Source: Malacoraja senta (Eukaryota). From it: a DNA stretch of 64,000 nucleotides. The notes beneath the pieces were generated by a model, which saw only the letters and a program-made list of their open reading frames with translations, did no database searches and had not been told where the DNA came from. How positions within the stretch are numbered: position 1 is the stretch's first letter; each line of letters starts with the position of its first letter. Positions 26,012-38,708 of this stretch are shown piece by piece. The stretch covers positions 62,001 to 126,000 of the forward strand of contig JAXLNO010000913.1 in assembly GCA_038087875.1 (NCBI GenBank), written 5' to 3'. A program made the position numbers and the translations under genes.

Positions 26012-28107
26012 TAAATCATCTTAAGCCCAGATATCATTTTGTGCATTTTTCACCGTGAATTGTTTACTTTGTGGAGTCCAATACATTGCAAATTTTATAT
26101 TTGGATTGAACCAGACCAAACTTTATAAGTGTCATGAATAGTGGATGTAATTGAAAACATTTCAGTTCATATATTATTGATCCAAAACATACTTGTCACT
26201 TTCCAGAGGATGAGACGGAACTGCTGACGATCTCCTCATCCCTAGCTGGTACCACCCTGACTTATCTCCCAGTATATTATAGTGTCAGGAATGTACTAAA
26301 GGTCAGATGCTGATGGATCTGACCTTCGCCTCTGTTGCTGAACTCTGCAACGTGACTGAGAGTGGACCACAGATATAGGAAATTGAGGAACGAGATGTAC
26401 CCTATATTTGGTTGCTCAGCTTCCCACTGACCACAACTTCCATATGTTTAAATCGGGTAACTGATCATGATGAAAAAGATGAGTGAAGCAAATGGTTCCT
26501 GTACCTTAAACAAAAACAAACACTTGAAGAACACAGCAAGCCAATTACCATTGCGGATGGAAAAGTTGTAAGCCAACATTTGAGGTTGAGACCTTTTGGG
26601 TTGGAACCCTTCTTCAGTCTGAAATGTCACCCATCCTTTTCCTCCAGAGATGCTGCTTGAACTGCTGAGTCACTTCAGCACTTTATGTCTATCTTCGGTA
26701 TAAACCAGCACCTGCAGTTCCTTTCTACCCTGCATTGAAAAGGATTTTGGCAGCAGAAACTGTCACAGGTCATCAAGGCAATCTAGGGTAGCCCCTACAT
26801 CTGAGAGTCATACAGTACAGAAACAGCCCCTTGAGCTTACCTTGTCATGGCCATCCTATCATTACTAAATTCATTTACTACCACTTGGTCTATGATTTAA
26901 AGTGCCTTGGTTTAGTCACTGCTCATGGACCACTCCGGTGGGTCTGCTATGTCAGTGAGCTCTGACGCTCAACAAGATACATAGGGCTACAAAGACTGAT
27001 GTGACCATGGAGGTCATCGCATGTGAGTTGCGAGTTGACCCAATGTAAAATTACAGTATATTCATCCCCATGCTTTGTAAACAAAAGTATGTTATTTAAA
27101 ATAAGCTGCATCAAGAATCTGTGATTAGCATTAATGAATAAATGAATAACACAATCGGATGTCATAACTTGATGTCAGTTTGAGAAGGAAGTGAGAGAGA
27201 TGTTGTTTTTAAAAATCCTACCTTGTAATCTATGATTTAGCTGCGAGTCCGGTATAGTTATAAAATATTTTCCAGTACCAGCCTGGAAAATTTGATGTAA
27301 TTAGGAATGAAGTAAGTGTGAAATTTTAGGGAATCCTGGAGATTAATTAAAACTCAAAGTCAGGTAGGCTGAGTGTGATTAAAAAAGATTCAACCCAACC
27401 TGCCCTCTTCCAAGCATAATGAAGGTGGGACAGTTGATCATCTAATCCCAGAAGATGGATTGACTGATTCAAGCTTGTAGCCTCGAATTTAACATCAAAC
27501 AAGTCCATCCTTTACTGGGTTGCCAACCCATTTCTGTGTTCTGGGCCACAGGACACCTGGCTGATGAAAGAAGATATGGATAACCAAAAACTACCTATGG
27601 GTCGTGAGGAGCAGAAGGAGAACGTACCTTTGCCTTTCTCAAGAAGAGCCCTGTCCCTTCCTCCCTTGCTTAACAGAACAGTAGCTTGCTTACTTTATCT
27701 TGACAATTTCAACATCAAAAGGTACCTAAACCTATTCATATGGACCATACAGGACCACCACCTTATTAATAATAATAGGTATTTTGCACCACCACCTTAT
27801 TAATAACAATAGGTATTAACATCAACATTTAAAAAATATCTCTAATCATCATTGATATTTAACAGTATTTAAAAAAAATCTTTGGCCATACAAGTTGTCA
27901 AAAGTCTATTAGGGCAATTAGAAGGTGTGAAGACTCAGGAGTCAGGACCACCGCCAAGGCCCAACCCAATAACTTGCCCAATCCTTCCATGTCAAGACAG
28001 GGACTTTTTGATTCAAAATTAATATGATCCGTTTGATGTTCTTCGCTAAATTAAGTGTGCAAAAAATGATGGTGTCCTCTCATGCTCTCAAATCTTTAGG
28101 AAAATAT

Positions 28108-29397
28108 CTATACAATGTTTAAAAGATTAGAAATTACTTTATGCCTGAGATGCCACTCTAAGCATTGAATTGCAACATTATCAACCATTGAGTCAAACTT
28201 ATTGGCAAACAGGTGATGCTGCTGTAACATCCACTTCAGATCTCCTGCTCCGTACACACACACTGCACGGATGTGTTCACCAGTGCAGGGTGGATAAGGT
28301 GCTCCTTTGGAAACATCACCTTCTAGGTAGCTCCATTTTACCAGTTTTGCTATAGCATTCATGTCAGAGATGTCAAATTTCTTACTGACAGGGGTTGATC
28401 CAGGGACATCAGGCATTCTTTGAAGGGTTGCCCACATGTGCTCATCGGGACTGTAAGTGTCCTTTTCCCATTCAATAAACTTCTGTACTTTAGGGCTTCT
28501 CCATAAATATTCCACAAAATCTCTATTAACAACAAAATAGGCACTTCCAGAAAACATTGGTGTGTCAATTGGAGGAGGTTCTTTATCAATCGCTGCATTT
28601 TTTATCGCTCCATTCACTATAGTATGTTTCACTTTCCACCTCTTTGCTTTATGGGGTGCGGTCATTTCTGTTTCCAGACTGTTTGATCCTTTTAAGGTTT
28701 TGAGTATTTCCACCATTTCTAGATTGGTTTTTATGGGGAAATCCACGCCACAGAGATTAATGAGGTATTTCCATTTTGATTTATTTCGTAGGAGATCTTT
28801 CATACAGTTTAAATCGGCCTGAACCCTACTCCAGGATGCATAGATTACAGACTCAAAATGGCTAGCAAGAAATACATTATCAAAGCATGCAGCAATGCTC
28901 TTAACTGCATCTTGAAAGATCTTGGGTGATTTTTGGTCCACATGAATACAGTAAAAATTCTGAGGTGTGTATATGGACCTTAAAAGTCTTTCAAACATCT
29001 CAATTCTATGATGGATTATAATTGAATATGCTATTGGAAAATCTTCCTCTTCTTTACTCAGTGGAAATGTGATATATTTTTGTAACTTAATGTAGTTACC
29101 ACAGTGTTTGGTCAAGTTTATGTAATCTTTCTCATTCAGCACATAACGATGTTTATACGCTTTTGACATTGTCTGAAGTTTAGCGTATTGTATTGCCTCT
29201 TCATTTCCATTGATAATGTTCGTACAGTTTACGTAATATCTGGGATCCTCTTCAGTGAGTTCCAAGTTTACATAATCTTTCTCATGGCTTATGAGAATGA
29301 ATAATGCCACCAAAGAGATGACTCCTGTCAAAATCCACTTAGACTGCCTGCACCTGAGATAACGGTACCTGAGATGACAGAGCTTTGTGCACAACAT
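28108..29397 (-). CDS. GCNT1: Core-2 beta-1,6-N-acetylglucosaminyltransferase (GT14 family), GCNT1-like; single coding exon, ~429 aa
   Basis: Intact ORF with type II TM segment (WILTGVISLVALFILIS) and GT14 motifs FPIAYS, YCIHVD, YASWSRVQADLNC, YLINLCG.DFPIKTNLE, FSGSAYFVV, DTYSPDE, EGDVSKGAPYPPC, HHLFANKFD. The ORF track starts at a TTG (29454). In-frame ATGs lie at 29430 (weak context) and 29397 (A at -3, gives GCNT1-like length). Splice acceptor ttttgttgcag ends at 29524. GCNT1 versus GCNT3 orthology is not certain. Confidence 0.9.
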   Translation of the reverse strand: MLCTKLCHLRYRYLRCRQSKWILTGVISLVALFILISHEKDYVNLELTEEDPRYYVNCTNIINGNEEAIQYAKLQTMSKAYKHRYVLNEKDYINLTKHCGNYIKLQKYITFPLSKEEEDFPIAYSIIIHHRIEMFERLLRSIYTPQNFYCIHVDQKSPKIFQDAVKSIAACFDNVFLASHFESVIYASWSRVQADLNCMKDLLRNKSKWKYLINLCGVDFPIKTNLEMVEILKTLKGSNSLETEMTAPHKAKRWKVKHTIVNGAIKNAAIDKEPPPIDTPMFSGSAYFVVNRDFVEYLWRSPKVQKFIEWEKDTYSPDEHMWATLQRMPDVPGSTPVSKKFDISDMNAIAKLVKWSYLEGDVSKGAPYPPCTGEHIRAVCVYGAGDLKWMLQQHHLFANKFDSMVDNVAIQCLEWHLRHKVISNLLNIV

Positions 29398-30112
29398 ATT
29401 TGATCCAGTTAAAATATTGACTGTACTCATCAACAGTTTCCTTTCCACAGCCAAATTGGGGTTTCACGGCAGAGCACCCTCTTTAATCTCAGAAAAGTTG
29501 ATTCTCCTGCAATCGTGGGATAACTGCAACAAAATAAGTTACACAAATTACATTGCCTGTTCAATAAATAAACATTAGAAACACTCAAAATGAATGGTAT
29601 GAAAATAGCACTTCAATTTTACATTTAAAATCAATAAAACACTGAGAGAATTAAAAAGTAACAGCACAACCTGATGATTAGCAATAGTGCTTCAATCTTG
29701 TCCTTATAATGATAGACATGCAATTAAGATTTACAGAGGTGCATTGTAATAATGAAAGTGAAATACTAAATACATGATTGTTGGTATACATTTACAACAA
29801 ACCATTAGTGAAGTACAGTTGTAAACTTGAAAATACATAGCTCTATTATAATACATCTAACTGAAAATTGAAAATTAGGTTTAATTATAATTGTTTTCTG
29901 TTTCAAACATAAAAGCAAAAGTAAATGTCAGAATTAGATCACTGGAACAACTCTGTATGTAGCTGATTGGAAAATGGTGACTAATCTTATTTAACTACTG
30001 TGAAACAATAACAGAAGCTATTTACACACCTCACCAGTATCCCAATCTTTAATAATCCTAGAATAAGCCCACAACCTTTATTCCTTTTCCTTTCAATAAT
30101 ATGCTGTGCCAT

Positions 30113-30419
30113 GTGGCACGATTGCACAGCGGTAGAGTTGCTGCCCTACTGAGCCAGAGATTCGGGTTTGATCCTGACTACAGGTGCTGTCTGTACAGAG
30201 TTTGTACGTTCTTCCCGTGACCTGCGTGGGTTTCCTCCAGGAGCTCTGGTTTCCTCCCACACTCTAAAGACATCCAGGTTTGTAGGTAAATTGGCTTGGT
30301 AAAATTGTAAAATTGTCCCTCGTGTATATGGGATAGTGTTAGTGTCACTGTTTGGTGTGGACATGGTGGGTCGAAGGGCCTGTTTATGCGCTGTATCTCT
30401 AAACGAAACTAAACTAAAT
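30113..30419 (+). mobile_element. HE1-like V-SINE
   Basis: tRNA head (gggtttgatcc B-box), V-domain, CR1 tail, (aaact)n end. Confidence 0.85.
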
Positions 30420-30579
30420 ATATCTGCCTAATCCCTAAATTCAGACAATGTCTCTGGTTCAATAGGATTTTGATCTTCATGATGTTCTAGGTAAAAATAG
30501 CTTCTTCTGGTCCCTGTTCTGGCACTTATATTTAATCACATCTCCATGCCCCATCACTCTACATTTCTCAGTTAATAGA

Positions 30580-33563
30580 AGCCGTTTGATTCTAATGATC
30601 CTTTATCAACTCTCATAATATTTAAAAGCACATATCACCTTTTTTTTGCAACAAAGCTAGGGATAAATGGTTAAATATTTCTCCATTTGTGCTCTGTGGT
30701 ACAACTTCTGTTACCCAAACATTGTTCTTAGTCCCAGTGTCATACAGCAATGGAAACATCCGTTAGCCCAACTCATCCATACCAATCATTTTTTAAAGAC
30801 GAGTGAGACCCATTTGCCTGCATTCATCCTGTATCGCTTTAAACCTTTCTTTTCCATATACTTGTCAAAATGCCCTAAACATCGTCATTTTACCTGCCTC
30901 AACAGCTTCCTCTGGCAACTCATTCCATACACGCAGCATCCTCGGTGTGAAAGACATTTCTCCCCAGGTTGCTTTTACATCTTTCCACTCTTACCATATC
31001 CCTATACCCTCTGTTTCTGGACTCCTCTACTCTGGCAAAAATACTGACCATTCATTTTTTTCTATGTCGGTCAAGATTTTGTATACTTATACAAGGTCAT
31101 CCATCAGCCTCCTACATTCCAGTGATAAGTCCCAGACTATCCAGTCTCTCCTTAAGGTCAGGTTCACTTGGCTTGTGCTGCCAGTTCTATTTAAATAAAA
31201 GTACATTAACCACTCTTCAGTCTCCTGGTAACCCTCTCATTGCTAAACATAATGCAAATATCCCTGCCAGGGCCAAAGCAATCTTGCCTAACTTCCCATA
31301 ATGCCATTGGATGTGCTTTGCCAGGCCCTAGGTATTTAGTTAGCCACCTTAATATTCTTTAAGACTGGCAGCACTCCTTTCTTGGAAATTCAATATAGTC
31401 CATATTCATTTCCTTCAATTTCTTTACTTTCATGACTTTCCCCTCAGTAAATCCAGATGAGAAGTATTTGTTTAACATCTGGCCCATTTCCTGTGGACTA
31501 CAGATAAACAATCATGTTGATCATTAGGGGAACTATTCTCTTCCATGTTATCCTTTGTTTTTAATATACCTATAAAATCTCTTAGGGTTTTTCTTTGTTT
31601 TGTCTGCCAGAGCTATTTCATGTCTTTTTTCCCCCTCCTGATTTCCTTCCTAATGGTGCTCCCACGTTTCTTATATTCATCATGGGATAAGCCTGATCCC
31701 ATCTGCCTGTGTATGACATGTTCCTCCTATTTGGTGACTAGAACCTCAATATCCCTTGTCAACCATAGCCCTACTCCTTCCAGCCTTGCCCTGCACTCTA
31801 ACAGGGAAATGCCTTTCCAGAGCTGTGCCTTAGAACTCCGCCAATCATACTTCCCACAAGCCGTTAATCTCACCCACAAAGAGCATCTCTCAGTGAACAT
31901 CTGTAAGTTTCTGTCTTACACTTTTAGAATTTGCCTTGCCCTAATTTAGGACTTTTAAACGTGACTAATCCTTCCTTTTCCATTACTGAGAATTGATTGG
32001 CAGACAGGAAACAAAGAGTAGGACTAAATGGGTCCTTGTCAGAATGGAGTGGAGTGCCGCAAGGCTCGGTGCTGGGACAGCAGCTATTTACAATATACAT
32101 CAATGATTTAGATGAAGGGATTCAAAGTAACATTAGCAAATTTGCAGATGACACAAAGCTGGGTGGCAGTGTGAACTGTGAGGAGGATGCTATGAGAATG
32201 CAGGGTGACTTGGACAGGTTGGTTGAGTGGGCAGATGCATGGAAGATGCAGTTTAATGTGGGTAAATGTGAGGTTATCCATTTTGGTGGCAAAAACAGGC
32301 AAAAACAGGAAGGCAGCCGTTTGATTCTAATGATCCTTTATCAAATCTCATAATATTTAAAAGCACATATCACCTTTTTTTTGCAACAAAGCTAGGGATA
32401 AATGTTTAAATATTTCTCCATGTTTGCGCTCTGTGGTAAAACTTCTGTTACCCAAACATTGTTCTTAGTCCCAGTGTCATACAGCAATGGAAACATCCGT
32501 TAGCCCAACTCATCCATACCAATCATTTTTTAAAGACGAGTGAGACCCATTTGCCTGCATTCATCCTGTATCGCTTTAAACCTTTCTTTTCCATATACTT
32601 GTCAAAATGCCCTAAACATCGTCATTTTACCTGCCTCAACAGCTTCCTCTGGCAACTCATTCCATACACGCAGCATCCTCGGTGTGAAAGACATTTCTCC
32701 CCAGGTTGCTTTTACATCTTTCCACTCTTACCATATCCCTATACCCTCTGTTTCTGGACTCCTCTACTCTGGGAAAAATACTGACCATTCATTTTTTCTA
32801 TGCCGGTCAAGATTTTGTATACTTATACAAGGTCATCCATCAGCCTCCTACATTCCAGTGATAAGTCCCAGACTATTCATGTCTTTTTTCCCCCTCCTGA
32901 TTTCCTTCCTAATGGTGCTTCCACGTTTCTTATATTCATCATGGGATAAGCCTGATCCCATCTGCCTGTGTATGACATGTTCCTCCTATTTGTTGACTAG
33001 AACCTCAATATCCCTTGTCAACCATAGCCCTACTCCTTCCAGCCTTGCCCTGCACTCTAACAGGGAAATGCCTTTCTAGAGCTGTGCCTTAGAACTCTGC
33101 CAATCATACTTCCCACAAACCGTTAATCTCACCCACAAAGAGCATCTCTCAGTGAACATCTGTAAGTTTCTGCCTTACACTTTTAGAATTTGCCTTGCCC
33201 TAATTTAGGACTTTTAAACGTGACTAATCCTTCCTTTTCCATTACTGAGAATTGGTTGGCAGAGGAAACAAAGAGTAGGACTAAATGGGTCCTTGTCAGA
33301 ATGGAGTGGAGTGCCGCAAGGCTCGGTGCTGGGACCGCAGCTATTTACAATATACATCAATGATTTAGATGAAGGGATTCAAAGTAACATTAGCAAATTT
33401 GCAGATGACACAAAGCTGGGTGGCAGTGTGAACTGTGAGGAGGATGCTATGAGAATGCAGGGTGACTTGGACTGGTTGGTTGAGTGGGCAGATGCATGGA
33501 AGATGCAGTTTAATGTGGGTAAATGTGAGGTTATCCACTTTGGTGGCAAAAACAGGAAGGCAG
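30580..33563. repeat. Tandem duplication (unit 1735 bp; second copy has a ~0.47 kb deletion)
   Basis: 30580-32314 repeated from 32315; near-identical, including embedded CR1 fragments. Confidence 0.9.
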
Positions 33564-34212
33564 ATTATTATCTAAATGGTGTCAAGTTGGGGGAAGTACA
33601 ACGGGATCTGGGGGTCCTTGTTCATCAGTCAAAAAGTACAAAAGGGGAAGTACAACGGGATCTGGGGGTCCTTGCTCATCAGTCAATTTAAGTAAGCATG
33701 CAGGTACAGCAGGCAGTGAAGAAAGCGAATTACATTTTAAGTTCATAAGTTCATAACAGCAAAACCTGTTCCAGCGCATCACAGCTAAAATTAAACTGCA
33801 CAGTTAGGTTCAATTCAGCAACTACTGCAGAATTTCATTCTACAATAAGACTTATAATCTCCCAGAACCATGATCCAGTCTATGCCCCAAGGTTATATGA
33901 CTTGCTCATCAGGCTTCTTGCTATATAAAAAATGCAGTTTGGTCTATCAGACCTTTCTCGTTCCCTGACTTGCCCCTGCCTGCCCCTTACTCACACTGAC
34001 ATCTATATTAGGCAATATTTGCCCACCTGCCACTCTATTGCATTGATACACTACCCCTGCCAAACCATCGAATAGTGTCATCAAGACATGTCCCCTTTGG
34101 CTCCTGGGCATTGCAGTGTTCAAAGATTTAAACCCTCCCAAATGGCATGAGCAAATCTCCCTGCCAGGATATTGGTGCCCCGTAGTTTAGATACAAACCA
34201 TCCCTTTCGTAC

Positions 34213-34830
34213 AATAGACAATAGACTATAGGTGCAGGAGTAGGCCATTTGGCCCTTGGAGCCAGCACCGCCATTCAATGTGAACATGGCTGATCATCCC
34301 CAATCAGTACCCCGTTCCTGCCTTCTCCCCATATCCCCTGACTCCGCTATTTTTAAGAGCCCTATCTAGCTCTCTCTTGATAGCATCCAGAGAACCTGCC
34401 TCCACCATCCTCTGAGGCATAGAATTCCACAGACTCATAACTCTCTGTGAGAAAAAGTGTTTCCTCGTCTCCGTTCTAAATGGCTTACTCCTTATTCTTA
34501 AACTGTGGCCCCTGGTTCTGGACTCCCCCAACATCGAGAACATGTTTCCTGCCTGTAGCGTGTCCAAGCCCTTAACAATCTTATATGTTTCAATGAGATC
34601 CCCTCTCATCCATCTAAACTCCAGAGTATACAAGCCCAGCTGCTTCATTCTCTCAGCATATGACAGTCCTGCCATCCCGGGAATTAACCTTGTAAACCTA
34701 CGCTGCACTCCCTCAATAGCAAGAATGTCCTTCCTCAAATTAGGGGACCAAAACTGCACACAATACTCCAGGTGTGGTCTCACTAGGGCTCTGTACAACT
34801 GCAGAAGGACCTCTTTGCTCCTATATTCGA
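34213..34830 (-). mobile_element. CR1 LINE 3' end
   Basis: LYRALVRPHLEYCVQFWSP...GYGEKAGTGY; (ctattgt)n tail. Confidence 0.9.
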
Positions 34831-35302
34831 TTCTGCTCCTATATTCGATTCGATACAGGTCTACCTCATCTGGAAGAGAGCCCAATGATCCATTTACTCG
34901 AATCCCTCCTCCCTGCACCAGCTCCTGCGTCATGCATTTATTTATCCATGTGTAGGAAGGAACTGCAGATGCTGATTTAAACCGAAGATAGACACAAAAA
35001 GCTGGAGTAATTCAGCGGGACAGGCAGCATCTCTGGAGAGAAGGAATGGGTAACATTTTGGGTCGAGACCCTTCTTCATACTCTTTATCTATACTATATA
35101 TCTGTTCCTTGCCTAGCTAGCTTAAATATTTGAATTAACCAACCCTCATTTACATTATTTATTTGCATATTTGTATCTTTAACCAAATCATAACAATAGA
35201 ATGCATTTTACAACAGCAACATTAATCAAAATTTGAATCTGAGTGATGGAAAGAACTATCGGGGCTAAATGAATAAAAAATGTATTCCAGAGACAGGTGT
35301 TA

Positions 35303-35902
35303 CGGGCCTGTCCCACGAGTATGCGACTGCATGCGGCAAGCGCGACCTAACGTGGTCGCGCTAGCCATGCGGCCTCGCGGGGCCGGTCCCACTTCGATCG
35401 CTGGAGCCGCATGGAGTTGTGCGGTACTGGTCCCGACATCGCGCAGGGCTCCGAAAAACTGATAGTTCATATATTCCGTGCGGCAAAGGCCTGCCGGCCC
35501 GCTGCTGCATGGAGGCCACACGCACCGCCTCGATGGCGCACGCACCGCCTCGACGCCGTACGCACCGTCCCGACGCCGTACGCAGCGTCTTGACGCCGTA
35601 TGTCACGCGCGAACTTCCCACGGACTTCGCTTGAACTTCACGTCAATCACGACCTCCGCGCGGCCCCCGCTTCCGGTTTGGTCGCGCTCGCCGCATGCAG
35701 CCGCATGCTGGTGGGACCGGCCCTGTACAGGGATCACTCGACCTCCGCGCGGCCCCCGCTTCCGGTTTGGTCGCAGTTTCCGCATGCAGTCGCATGCTCG
35801 TGGGACCGGCCATGTACGGGGCTCACTCGATCTCCGCGTGGCCCCCGCTTCCGGTTTGGTCGCGCTTGCCGCATGCAGTCGCATGCTCGTGGGACAGGCC
35901 CT
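35303..35902. mobile_element. PIF/Harbinger-type MITE with triplicated right end
   Basis: TIR gggcctgtcccacgag.atgcgactgcatgcgg; TTA TSD at 35300-02 and 35903-05; 89-bp unit repeated three times from 35650. Confidence 0.85.
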
Positions 35903-36347
35903 TTAGGAAGTTCCACAATTTAGCCAGAAGTGGAAAAACTAGAATGTTTAGGACGGCAACTTTAGAGCTTAGAGACACAGCAGCTGACAATGTGGCTGAG
36001 AGTTGACATCAAAAATTGCTGATGCTAAAACAAAAATGGAAAATACTGGAAATACTAGACTGAAAATACTGGACTAAATCTATCATCCATCCCTCTTTCC
36101 AGCCCACATTTGAGATGCTTCTTAATGTCCACTCCTACTAAAAAAATATTGGTCCCTTCTCCTGATATCTCCTCTATAGCTCAGTTTCAAATTCCGTGTA
36201 ATATTGCCGTTGCAAAGGTTTCGGACTGCTTTGCTCAGCAGGTTGGGGAGTATTTGTGGAGGACAAACAGTCCAAATGTTTGCATCATTGACCTTTCATA
36301 TGATAAATCTATGCTCTATCCCTGTGAAATGAACAATTACAACTTAC

Positions 36348-36463
36348 ATTACTGGGAGAGAGGTTGGCTGTGCTTCTCCGTCGACAGATGCTTCTAACTT
36401 CTGAATGTTTTCTGATCTTGAAGAGTTGCAAGGCTGAAGCAATTTATGTACATCTTTTGGTAG
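36348..36463 (-). other. Candidate 5'UTR exon of the GCNT gene
   Basis: Minus strand: acceptor tttttgctgttctgcatttgcag and donor AAT|gtaagt; unique (non-repeat) sequence; contains short uORF MYINCFSLATLQDQKTFRS*. Confidence 0.55.
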
Positions 36464-36999
36464 CTGCAAATGCAGAACAGCAAAAATAATTTTGCATTTA
36501 GATTACTGACGCAGCTAAATACGTCAGAAGCATTTGAATGTATTACTGTGATGCCTCTTCCCTCTACGGAGATTTGACAGCTTGTAATTATATGGTCCCT
36601 GAACAAAGTCATACAATGGAAACACTAATTTTCCATTTGTCATATTCTCATCTCCCATACGTGCAAGTCTCGAGGCAACAGAAGGAACCAGAGAGCTGAT
36701 GGAAGTGCCATGAATACACATATGGAATCTGACCACAGGTTTATGGACAGTGTAACCAAGAACATAGAACAGTACAGCCCTGGAACTAAGCTCATCGGCG
36801 TATAATATCTGCACCGAATAGGATGGTAAGACCAACTTTTATCTACCTGCACATAATCCATATCCTTCCATTCCCAGCATATCCATGTGCCTCTCCAAAA
36901 GTCTCTTAAATGCCACTATTCTATCTCTTAGTATAACTATTGTGATGTTTGCCCTTCTTTTATTGAAGTTTAGTCCTGACTGTGGTTTAAAATTAATGC

Positions 37000-37290
37000 T
37001 AGTTTAGGTTATTTAGCGATACAGCGTGGAAGCCGACTTTGGCAAACCGACTCTGTGCCAACCAGCGATCACTCCATACACTAACACTATCCTACACACT
37101 AGGGACAATTTACAATATTGACTAAAACCAATTAACCTACAAACTTTTATGTCTTTGGAATGTCAGAGGAAACTGGAACACCCAGGGAAAATCCACGCGG
37201 TCACCAGGAGAATGAACCAACTCCGTACACACAACACCCTGGTCTCTGGTTCTGTAAGGCAGCAACTCTACCGCTGTGCCACCATGCCGC
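37000..37290 (-). mobile_element. HE1-like V-SINE
   Basis: Reverse complement of the SINE head, core and tail. Confidence 0.8.
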
Positions 37291-37722
37291 ACAAAGTTTG
37301 CACACTTGGTTACTACTATGGACATATCTTGCAAGAAGTTTGGACACGGTGTAGCACCAGACCAACTTCCGGCTTCAGCCAATCTGTTCCCATCAGTGTA
37401 GTTGGGTGTTGTCTAAGCATAGAACAACTATGTATTTTTCCTCACAGGGCCATCCATGAATGACACAGATCTTTTCATTAACAAGCATACCACAAAGAAG
37501 TTCTAGTGACGGGTCTCTGACATAAAATATTGTCTCTGTTTCTCAACTCATGCATGCAGTTTGTCCTATCACCAACTTTCTGCCGCAGTTTTAGATTTCC
37601 AGTGAATGCAGAATTTTTTTTCCCTTCAGTCTGAAAAAGGGTTCTAACCCGAAACATCACCTATTACTTTTTGCCAGAGTTGCTGCCTGACCCACTGAGT
37701 TACTCCAGCATTTGTTGATATA

Positions 37723-38362
37723 CAATAGACAATAGACAGTAGTTGCAGGAGTAGGCCATTCGGCCCTTCGAGCCAGCACCGCCATTCAATGTGATCATGG
37801 CTGATCATCCCCAATCAGTACCCCTTTCCTGCCTTCTCCCCATATCCCCTGACTCCGCTGTCTTTAAGAGCCCTATCTAGCTCTCTCTTGAAAGTATCCA
37901 GAGAACCAGCCTCCACCGCCCTCTGGGGCAGAGAATTCCACAGACTCACAACTCTCTGTGTGAAAAAGTGTTTCCTCATCTCCGTTCTAAACGGCTTACC
38001 CCTTATTTTTAAACTGTAGCCCCTGGTTCTGGACTCTCCCCCCCCCCCACCATCGGGAACATGTTTCCTGCCTCTAGCGTGTCCAAACCTGAATAATCTT
38101 ATATGTTTCAATTAGATCCCCTCTCATCCTTCTAAATTCCAGAGTGTACAAGCCCAGCCGCTCCATTCTCTCAGCATATGACAGTCCCGCCATTCCGGGA
38201 ATTAACCTTGTAAACCTACGCTGCACTCCCTCAATAGCAAGAATGTCCTTCCTTAAAATAGGGGAGCAAAACTGCACACAATACTCCAGGTGTGGTCTCA
38301 CTAGGGCCCTGTACAACTACAGAAGGACCTCTTTGCTCCTATACTCCACTCCTCTTGTTATG
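37723..38362 (-). mobile_element. CR1 LINE 3' end
   Basis: Same family as 34213-34830. Confidence 0.88.
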
Positions 38363-38384
38363 AAGGAGGAGTATGTCTCCTTTT

Positions 38385-38708
38385 ATGTCTATCTTCAGTA
38401 TAAACCAGCATCTGCAATTCCTTCCTACACTCTAGATCACTGGGAAAACCATAAGGTGTTCCGTATGTGTAGGAAGGAACTGCAGATGCTGGTTTAATGC
38501 GAAGATAGACATAAGAGGCTGGTGTAGACAGCATCAGCGGGTCAGACAGCATCTCTGGAGAAAATAAATAGGTAATGTTTTGGGTTGAGACCCTTCTTCA
38601 GACCAAAAGAAGACGGTCTGAAGAAGGGTTTCGACCGAAACATCACCTATTCCTTTTCTCCAGAGGTGCTGTCTGACCCACAGATTTACTCCAGTATTTT
38701 GTGTCTAT
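38385..38708. mobile_element. Penelope terminal-repeat-derived hairpin elements
   Basis: Inverted repeat pair with cores at ~38573-38601 (-) and ~38618-38647 (+); direct repeat ataaggtgttc at 38451 and 38709. Confidence 0.7.

Noticed and set aside
29398-29454. 448-aa ORF start at 29454
   Set aside because: The start is a TTG; ATG 29397 has better context and gives the family-typical length.
35280-36006. Overlapping GC-rich ORFs (also 14221-14869 and 49391-49935)
   Set aside because: By-products of CpG-rich repeats, with no protein motifs.
36524-36835. ORF with faint IDGTHI-like similarity (CIHGTSI)
   Set aside because: The catalytic Asp is absent and the ORF partly overlaps a CR1 tail; likely a chance match.
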